Below, in pieces: positions 57,220 through 64,000 of a DNA stretch of 64,000 bases; the stretch's first letter is position 1, and every line of letters begins with the position of its first letter. The notes under the pieces are model-generated. The model was not told where the DNA came from, ran no database searches, and saw nothing but the letters and a program-made list of their open reading frames with translations. Made by a program: the position numbers and the translations under genes. The stretch is from Desulfobacterales bacterium (GTDB lineage: Bacteria; Desulfobacterota; Desulfobacteria; Desulfobacterales; UBA5852), in NCBI GenBank assembly GCA_963674755.2, contig CAXXVS010000001.1, positions 512,001-576,000 of the forward strand, read 5' to 3'.

Positions 57220-57916
57220 TTTTCCCTCCCTTCATGGAATGGCCGGCCCAGTCTTCGATGGCCCGGATGTGGATTACAAGTTCATTTTCTATCGTTAGGG
57301 GCCGGGCGATTTGTTCTCTTTTGCAAAAGTCTGATACCGCCCGGTCGACATCCCGGAGGATATCGTAAGGTTCCGCCGCCGCACAAGAAGGCTTGGCCAA
57401 GGCATTGGCCATCGCCTGGTGGTTGGCCACATCTTTTTGCAATATATCGCATAACTTCCAAAAAAGCTGCAAGTATTTATCGGCCGCCGCCATAAACGGA
57501 TGGGCCCTCTGGGCGTCGAGATAATCGCAGACCGTGGCGTCCGTTCCATAAACGCCCCGGCAGGCCGGGTCCGGTTCGAATTCGGAAAAGGACTCCTGCA
57601 AGGTCGGTGTAACGTGTCGCCCAAGGGGGTAGAGACGGCAGACCAGGGGGCGGTCCTTATGGACCATGCACCCCCGGGAACCGAGAAATAAGCAGCGTCC
57701 CTCGGCGTCCCAGGTCAGGCAGGTTCCGGCTTCGGTCGTATAGCGCTTGATAAAATCAGACGTAGACAGCCCGCGGTTGCGGGCCAGACGGGTGATTTCA
57801 TAGGGATTGACCTGGATCTTTTTGTTGCGGCAGCAGGTCCGGCAGCGCCGGCATGCGAAGGAGAAAGGCGTTTCCCGATCGAGATTGACCCTGCGTTGGC
57901 GCATATCCATGCTCAT
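57197..57916 (-). CDS. YkgJ/FliB-family CxxCxxCC cysteine-cluster (putative Fe-S) protein
   Basis: FACRRCRTCC...CLFL...CMVHKDRPLVCRLYPLG...C motif set. Confidence 0.88.
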   Translation of the reverse strand: MSMDMRQRRVNLDRETPFSFACRRCRTCCRNKKIQVNPYEITRLARNRGLSTSDFIKRYTTEAGTCLTWDAEGRCLFLGSRGCMVHKDRPLVCRLYPLGRHVTPTLQESFSEFEPDPACRGVYGTDATVCDYLDAQRAHPFMAAADKYLQLFWKLCDILQKDVANHQAMANALAKPSCAAAEPYDILRDVDRAVSDFCKREQIARPLTIENELVIHIRAIEDWAGHSMKGGKNEGQIDR

Positions 57917-57990
57917 CCATCCAAGGCATTTTGCGGCCCCGGTCGGAACAAAGATCGACCACCCTGGGACAGATACAATCTAACCGCCCA

Positions 57991-59157
57991 TTAGGGCCGA
58001 TAGCGGCGGGGCACCCGGGTGGTGTTAGTGAACAGTACCTCGTAATTGATGGTACCGAGCAGGTCCGCGACCTCATCGGCGCTGATTTCGGCTTTGCCCT
58101 GACGGCCGATGAGTACGACTTCATCCCCGGCCTGAGCGCTTGCTTGCGGGCCCAGGTCCAGCATGATCAAATCCATGCAAACCCGCCCTACCATGGGGAC
58201 CCGTCGTCCCCCCACCAGCATAACGCCCCGGTTGGATAGGCGGCGCGAGATGCCGTCGGCGTAACCGGCCGCCACGGTGCCGATCACGGTGGGCCGGGGG
58301 GCCTCCCAGGTCATCCCGTAGCTGACCTTGGTCCCTGCCGGCACCGTCTTGACCTGCAACAGGCGTGCTTTCAAGGTAAGGGCCGGGTGGAGGGCGATCC
58401 GGTTATGGTCCACATCCCGGGAAGGATAGAGCCCGTAGAGGGCGATGCCGGGCCGCACCGCATCCAGATGGGCCTGGGGCAGATCGATGAGGGCCGCGCT
58501 GTTGGCGGCGTGGCGCAGGCCGCAAGCGATGCCGGCCGCCTTCAGGGCCTGCAGAAAATCTTGGAACACCTGGAACTGGCGGTCGGCATAGGCTTTATCC
58601 TTTTCATCGGCGGCCGCAAAATGGGTGTAGATGCCCTCCAGGCGCAGCCCCGGCAGGCGGCTGATGGCGGTGGCCTCAGATACGGCCGACAGGGAAGCGT
58701 CCCTCCGCAGCGCATCCGGAAGCAGCCCCAGGCGGCCCATGCCCGAATCGAATTTGAGATGGATGGGGATGGCCTTGCCCCGGCGTTGGGCCACCGCCTC
58801 CAGCTGTCGGGCGGCTTCCAGCCCGCCCACACTCGGGATCAGGTCGTGGGCGATCAGGTCTTCGGCCGCGGCAGGGAGGGTGTGGCCAAAGACGAGAATG
58901 GGCGCTTTAATCCCTGCCCTGCGAAGGGTAATCCCCTCGTCCAGGCGGGCCACGGCCAGCATCGCCGCTCCGGCTTCCAGCACGGTGCGGGCGACTTCCA
59001 CAGCCCCGTGACCGTAAGCGTCGGCCTTGACCACGGCGATCATCCGGGCCAGGGCCCGGGTGATGCGCCGCAGTTCATGCACATTGTGCGCGATGGCCTT
59101 CAGATCGATCTCGGCCCAGATGGGCGGGCCATCCATTATCCTATCGCTTCCGGCCAT
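57991..59157 (-). CDS. alr: Alanine racemase
   Basis: WAEIDL, VVKADAYGHG, HLKFDSGMGRLG, ANSAA, VRPGIALYG, GYADG, GRVCMD and TINYE motifs. Confidence 0.96.
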   Translation of the reverse strand: MAGSDRIMDGPPIWAEIDLKAIAHNVHELRRITRALARMIAVVKADAYGHGAVEVARTVLEAGAAMLAVARLDEGITLRRAGIKAPILVFGHTLPAAAEDLIAHDLIPSVGGLEAARQLEAVAQRRGKAIPIHLKFDSGMGRLGLLPDALRRDASLSAVSEATAISRLPGLRLEGIYTHFAAADEKDKAYADRQFQVFQDFLQALKAAGIACGLRHAANSAALIDLPQAHLDAVRPGIALYGLYPSRDVDHNRIALHPALTLKARLLQVKTVPAGTKVSYGMTWEAPRPTVIGTVAAGYADGISRRLSNRGVMLVGGRRVPMVGRVCMDLIMLDLGPQASAQAGDEVVLIGRQGKAEISADEVADLLGTINYEVLFTNTTRVPRRYRP

Positions 59158-59202
59158 GGGTGCTCTTCTGATCTGCGCTCATGGTTCAAGGGGTTCCGCC
59201 GA

Positions 59203-60453
59203 CTACAACATCTCCAGCACACAGGCCATGGAGACCCCGCCGCCCCCGCACAGGGTGGCCATGCCCAGAGTCTTGTTGCGTTGTTTGAGGGCATGCAGCA
59301 GGGTGACCATGATGCGGGCCCCCGTGGCCCCCACGGGGTGTCCCAGTCCGATGCCCGAGCCGTTGACGTTGGTGATCTCGCGATTCAGCCCCAGTTCGAT
59401 TTCGCAGCCGAGATACTGGGCGGCAAAGGCTTCGTTGACCTCGATCAATTCGAAGTCCTCCAAGCCGATCCCCGAGCGTTCCATCAGGTTCCGCACGGCC
59501 GGAACCGGGGAGAGGCCCATCACGGACGGGTGGCAGGCGCCCATCCCCACGGCCTTGATGCGCGCCAGCGGGGTGAGACCCAATTCCCGGGCCTTGTCGG
59601 CGGACATGATCACCATGGCGGCCGAGCCGTCGTTGAGTCCGCTGGAGTTGCCGGCGGTGACCTTGCCGATTTCGGGAACGAAGGCCGGCGGCAGTTTGCT
59701 GAGGTCCGCCATGGTCATGCCCGGCCGGTAATGCTCGTCGCGGTCGAACACCAACGGGTCTTTTTTGCGGCGGGGCACCTCAATGGCAACGATCTCCTCT
59801 TCAAAATCCCCTTCCCGGGTGGCCCGTTCGGCGTTGTTGTGGCTGCGCAGGGCGACTTCATCCATGGCTTCCCGGCTGATGCCGTAGTGCTGGGCGATGA
59901 ATTCCGCCGTATGGCCCATAATGTAGGGCTTGCCCTTGAAATAACTCAAAGGCGGTTTTTCCGCATCCACCGGGCCGTCTTCAGGATGGGGGATCACATG
60001 GGACCCGCAGTGCAGGGCCCGTATCATGCGATCCACGAAGACCTGGTCCTGCAGCCGGCAGCCCCAGCGGGCTTTTTCCACGGTATAGGGGGCGCCCGAC
60101 ATATGTTCCACCCCGCCGGCCAGCACGATATCCACCAGTCCGGCCTGAATCATGGCCATGCCTGAGAGGGTGGCTTCCATGCCGGAAATGCAGACCCGGT
60201 TGATGGTGACGGCCGGCACGCTGTCCGGGATGCCCGCCAGCAGCGCGGCAATGCGGGTTACATTCAGGGTATCGGTGGGCTCGAGACAGCAGCCGTAGCG
60301 AACGTCACCGATCAGGGCAGGATCGATCCCGGCTCGGCGAATCGCTTCTTTCATGGTGGTGGCCGCGATGGTGGCCCCGTTGACATCCCTCAGGGTGCCC
60401 CCGAAGGTGCCGATGGCCGTACGGCAGGCCGATACGATGACAACATCTTTCAT
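59203..60453 (-). CDS. Acetyl-CoA acetyltransferase (thiolase)
   Basis: RTAIG, NRVCISG, TAGNSSGLNDG, EVNEAFA, GHPVGATG and LCGGGG motifs. Confidence 0.95.
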   Translation of the reverse strand: MKDVVIVSACRTAIGTFGGTLRDVNGATIAATTMKEAIRRAGIDPALIGDVRYGCCLEPTDTLNVTRIAALLAGIPDSVPAVTINRVCISGMEATLSGMAMIQAGLVDIVLAGGVEHMSGAPYTVEKARWGCRLQDQVFVDRMIRALHCGSHVIPHPEDGPVDAEKPPLSYFKGKPYIMGHTAEFIAQHYGISREAMDEVALRSHNNAERATREGDFEEEIVAIEVPRRKKDPLVFDRDEHYRPGMTMADLSKLPPAFVPEIGKVTAGNSSGLNDGSAAMVIMSADKARELGLTPLARIKAVGMGACHPSVMGLSPVPAVRNLMERSGIGLEDFELIEVNEAFAAQYLGCEIELGLNREITNVNGSGIGLGHPVGATGARIMVTLLHALKQRNKTLGMATLCGGGGVSMACVLEML

Positions 60454-60546
60454 CAAAAACTCCTTTCAAATGGTCCGTCATTTCGGGGCCGGCGCTTTAA
60501 GGCGGGGCCGGTCCGGCATCATGGTCGCTTTATGCGGGGGCGTCCG

Positions 60547-62397
60547 TCAGCCCCCAAAGGAGGATTCGGCCGCGTCCAGAATGGCAGCGGCATCGCCGTC
60601 TAAAATGGCGTTGATCTTGCCTTCCGTCACCGGCAGCTGGCTGCGGATAAAATAGGTGGCGGCCCTGATCTGGCCGTCGTAGAAGGCGGCTTCCTTGTTA
60701 GCGGCAATGCGGCCGGCCGGATCTTCGGTGTCACCCAGCAGTTCCGCCAGGCGGGGCTGGGCCACGGCGGCCCGCCAGAGCAGCATCCAGGCCATGATGA
60801 TATCGCCGGTGACATCCAGGAAGGGCTGCGCCTGGGTGAAGGCGATTTTAACCGCCGGGCTCATGGCCTTCTTGCCCATGAAAATGGCGGTCTCGCCATA
60901 GCGGTTGAGAAGCTGCTCCAGACGGCCGCAAAGGCCCTGCAGGGCGGGCATCGTTTCCGCCGTCTGGATGGTGCGGCGGATCTCCTGCAGAAATTGCATA
61001 AACACTTCACCTCTTTTAAGGCCCAGTTTACGGCCCAGCAGATCCATGGCCTGGATGCCGTTGGTGCCCTCATAGATGGTGGCGATCTTGCAGTCCCGCA
61101 TGAGTTGTTCCACCGGATATTCACGGGTATAGCCGTAACCGCCGAAGACGTTCATGGCCATGTCGCAGACCTCCATGCCGCGATCGGAGCAGTAGGCTTT
61201 CACCACCGGTGTCAGAAAGTCGATGAGCCCTTTGTACTTTTCCTTTTCATCGCCGTCGCGCGCGGTGGCTTCCAGGTCGAAGAGATAGGCCACATAAAAG
61301 GTGAAGCTGCGCATGCCGTCCACCAGGGCTTTCATGCGCATCAGTTGGCGGCGGATGTCGGGATGGCGGATGATGGGAACACCGCCTGCCTCGGGGGTGC
61401 GGGCTTCGGACAAATCGCGTCCCTGGATGCGCTGCTTGGCATATTCCGCGGCATGCAGGTAGGCCGAAGAGCCGTGCAGGTAGCCCTGCTGGCCGACACC
61501 AAGGCGGGCTTCATTCATCATGTGGAACATGATCGCCATGCCCCGGTTGGCCTCCCCCAGGAGCAGGCCCCGGCAGGTTCCGCGCGACCCCAGGGCCATA
61601 CTGCAAGTAGGGCTGCCGTGGATGCCCATTTTTTCTTCGATGCCGGTGCACATGATGTCGTTGGGTTCTCCCAGGGATCCGTCTTCGTTGACCCAGTGCT
61701 TGGGCACCAGGAAGATGGAGATGCCCTTGGTGCCGGCCGGAGCCCCTTCGATGCGTGCCAGGACCGGATGGATGATGTTCGCGGTGACATCGTGGTCCCC
61801 GCAGGTGATGAAGATCTTGTTGCCGGTAATGCTGTAGGTGCCGTCCGGATTGGGCCGGGCCGTGGTGGTGAGGGCGCCCACATCGGAGCCGGCCTCCGGT
61901 TCGGTGAGCAGCATGGTGCCGGCCCATTCGCCGGAGTAGACTTTTTTCAGAAACAGCTTTTTCTGCGCTTCGGTGCCGAAGAGTTCAATCATCTTGCCGG
62001 TGCCGTGGGCCAGAATGCCGAAGGCCGCAAAGGCGAAATTGGCGCCCACGATATACTCCCGAGCGGCCTGGGCCACGACCTGAGGCAGCCCCTGGCCGCC
62101 CATAGCGGGATCTTCTTCCATGGCGATCCATTCGCCGTCGACATAGTATTTATAGGGCCGATAGAAGCAGGCCGGCACCTTGACCTGGCCGTTTTCAAAA
62201 GCGACGCCGGTGCGGTCGCCTTCCACATAGGTGGGGAGGATTTCGTTGATGCCCAGACGGCGGGCTTCCGTTATCACCATATCGGTCAATTTACGGTTGA
62301 GGTCATGGTAGCGCTCGGTTTCGAAAAGGGCTTCGATTCCCAGTTGCTCGAATAAGACAAAATCGATATCCCGACGGTCGGCAATGCGTTGGGCCAT
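60547..62397 (-). CDS. Acyl-CoA dehydrogenase
   Basis: LTEPEAGSDVG, GNKIFIT, EEKMGIHGSPTC, MNEARL, FGGYGY and IYEGTNGIQA motifs; GGAG SD before ATG 62397. Confidence 0.94.
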   Translation of the reverse strand: MAQRIADRRDIDFVLFEQLGIEALFETERYHDLNRKLTDMVITEARRLGINEILPTYVEGDRTGVAFENGQVKVPACFYRPYKYYVDGEWIAMEEDPAMGGQGLPQVVAQAAREYIVGANFAFAAFGILAHGTGKMIELFGTEAQKKLFLKKVYSGEWAGTMLLTEPEAGSDVGALTTTARPNPDGTYSITGNKIFITCGDHDVTANIIHPVLARIEGAPAGTKGISIFLVPKHWVNEDGSLGEPNDIMCTGIEEKMGIHGSPTCSMALGSRGTCRGLLLGEANRGMAIMFHMMNEARLGVGQQGYLHGSSAYLHAAEYAKQRIQGRDLSEARTPEAGGVPIIRHPDIRRQLMRMKALVDGMRSFTFYVAYLFDLEATARDGDEKEKYKGLIDFLTPVVKAYCSDRGMEVCDMAMNVFGGYGYTREYPVEQLMRDCKIATIYEGTNGIQAMDLLGRKLGLKRGEVFMQFLQEIRRTIQTAETMPALQGLCGRLEQLLNRYGETAIFMGKKAMSPAVKIAFTQAQPFLDVTGDIIMAWMLLWRAAVAQPRLAELLGDTEDPAGRIAANKEAAFYDGQIRAATYFIRSQLPVTEGKINAILDGDAAAILDAAESSFGG

Positions 62398-62766
62398 AAC
62401 GGGGCTCCTTGTTTCACGGGCGGCGGCACGCGTCACCGCTGTGGAATGGGGTTGGCGCTGCCGTGGCGGCAGCCGGCTGGGTTCCTGTATTATGACATTG
62501 GGCGGCCGACGGCAAGGCCCGGGTCGCCGGATAATCGTCAGCGCGGCCCAAGCGCCGGTGGCCGGTCGGTGTGTGCCCGCTGGCACGGCGTACGCGGTCG
62601 GCGCTGGAAGCGTGTGATAAAAGATGCGGGGGGCAGGTGTAAAGCGACGCCGGCGTCGGTCGGCCGGGGTACCCCGCTCGGTTGGATGCCGCTGCCGCGG
62701 AGCCGGTCCGGCAATCTGCCTGCCGTTCAAACGGATTCGGCAGGCGCTCTCGCGAAGGCGTTATTT

Positions 62767-62919
62767 TCGTCCTGGTGAAAGCCTTGTGGAAGTAGGATCT
62801 CCATCGGAAAAGATGCACGCTCTTCCGGGAGACGCCTGCCGAAACTCGGGGGGCAACGTACGCTGATGGCGCAAGGGTCCCGCTCTCACGATATGGGAGG
62901 ACAAAGGGCAACAGGGCGA
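62767..62919 (+). ncRNA. Candidate structured non-coding RNA (about 150 nt), family not identified
   Basis: Terminal TCGTCCTG/CAGGGCGA pairing, inner GGATCT-CCATC/GATGG-GGGTCC pairing and three local hairpins; G-U pairs favour the + strand. Confidence 0.4.
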
Positions 62920-63108
62920 TTTTGTGCTTTCCGGTGCGTGGCGGTGCGGTCTCGGGCAGCATTCGGGCGATTGAAAGATACCATATGCAAAACAGGTCCT
63001 GCTTGTCAAAGCAAAAACGGGCGATGTTCGTACCCGCACTTTGAATTCGGTTTCAAACGAAAAAGATCGATTCGCAAAGACAGCGGCCGGCATGTCGGGA
63101 CCGGCCGG

Positions 63109-63137
63109 TTGACATTCACGGGCCGCCCCATTATGTT
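63109..63137 (+). promoter_or_regulatory. Candidate sigma70 promoter for the pfkB-family gene
   Basis: TTGACA-N17-TATGTT, followed by a TTAGAGCA direct repeat (63150-63157 and 63168-63175). Confidence 0.5.
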
Positions 63138-63271
63138 TCTTTTCGATACTTAGAGCACAAAATAATATTAGAGCAAAGTTTGGGTCGGCATGCCTAAAAA
63201 CTCCCATTGCCCATATTCTTTAAGGCCACCTTGCGCAGTTTAATCTATTTGTTCCCAAAAGGACATTTGGT

Positions 63272-64000
63272 TTGATCCTGGCCATCGGTGAAATCCTGTT
63301 CGACATGTTCCCCGCCGGACGGCGCCTGGGCGGGGCCGCCTTCAATTTTGCCTATCATATTCACCAGCTCGACGGGCCGTTGCGCTTTTTGAGCCGTATC
63401 GGAGACGACCCGGAGGGGCAAACCATCGAAAGGTTTTTGACCGCGCAACACTTTCCGCGCGACGATCTGCAGCGGGATGCGGTCCATCCCACGGGACAGG
63501 TCCGCGTTACCCTGGACGCCGGGGGCAGCCCCCGTTTCGAGATTCTGTCCGGGGCGGCCTACGATTTTATCACCCCCACGCCGGCCATCGCGCGTTTTGT
63601 CGCCCAAGACTGCCGTCTGATTTATTTCGGCAGCCTCATCCAGCGCACGGCCCAGGGGGCCCGGACGGTGCGTGCGATCCTCCGGCAGCGCGCCCCCCGC
63701 GTCAAATGTTTGTTTGACGTGAATTTGCGTCCCGACTGCTATACCGACGAAATCTTGGCGGTCTCTTTGGGTGAAACCGACCTTCTTAAACTCAGCCAGG
63801 AGGAGCTCGACGTTCTATCGGCCATGCAGAGCCTGAGAGGCCCCACCGCTGACCGGGTGGCCGGCCTGATGGCGCGCTTCAACATCGAGATGGTGGCCCT
63901 GACACGGGGCGCCCAGGGCAGTTGCCTTTTTACAGGGGATGCCCGTCACGATATCCACCCCCGGGACAACATCGCGATCAAGGATGCGGTGGGGGCCGGC
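63272..64000 (+). CDS. PfkB family carbohydrate kinase (fructokinase-like), 3' end beyond the window
   Basis: Translated by hand from TTG 63272: MILAIGEILFDMFPAGRRLGGAAFNFAYH...FDVNLRP...LLKLSQEE...VALTRGAQG...DAVGAG. Confidence 0.88.
   Translation, partial: MILAIGEILFDMFPAGRRLGGAAFNFAYHIHQLDGPLRFLSRIGDDPEGQTIERFLTAQHFPRDDLQRDAVHPTGQVRVTLDAGGSPRFEILSGAAYDFITPTPAIARFVAQDCRLIYFGSLIQRTAQGARTVRAILRQRAPRVKCLFDVNLRPDCYTDEILAVSLGETDLLKLSQEELDVLSAMQSLRGPTADRVAGLMARFNIEMVALTRGAQGSCLFTGDARHDIHPRDNIAIKDAVGAG

Noticed and set aside
62414..63207. Several 80-180 aa ORFs in the acyl-CoA dehydrogenase/pfkB intergenic region, and the 111-aa N-terminal extension of the dehydrogenase ORF
   Set aside because: Pro/Arg-rich, motif-free translations; the SD and family N-terminus place the dehydrogenase start at 62397

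Overview
GC-rich bacterial chromosomal segment. The gene content (TAXI-TRAP transporter, WtpABC-type tungstate transporter with an HTH-PBP regulator, HDAC/hydantoinase pair, sigma54 promoters) suggests an anaerobic Desulfobacterota-like organism; this is inference. Most of the window is housekeeping: hrpA, htpG, hsp20-lon, rlpA, gmhB, recD2, nadB, epmA, alr, thiolase, acyl-CoA dehydrogenase and a pfkB kinase. I saw no rRNA, tRNA, CRISPR array or mobile element. Two candidate undescribed systems stand out. (1) A 3771-aa single-chain PUFA-synthase-like type I FAS/PKS (ER'-ER-KS-KS'-AT-KS-ACPx3-KR-DH) whose three ACPs all carry Thr (DLGIDTVKQ) at the phosphopantetheine site where Ser is expected. 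It is followed by an Sfp-type PPTase and an acyl-CoA ligase and is preceded by a full sigma54/IHF/enhancer promoter; a similar promoter precedes a phospholipid-synthesis operon about 14 kb away. (2) A YkgJ/FliB-family CxxCxxCC Fe-S protein overlapping a 114-aa peptide made of a leader-like N-terminus and tandem (A/S)NQHK repeats, a candidate RiPP or lysine-modification system. Other observations: a structured ncRNA candidate near 62.8 kb, a frameshifted wtpB, an apparently internally deleted SIMPL gene, and a 58-aa ORF coupled to an ECF sigma factor.
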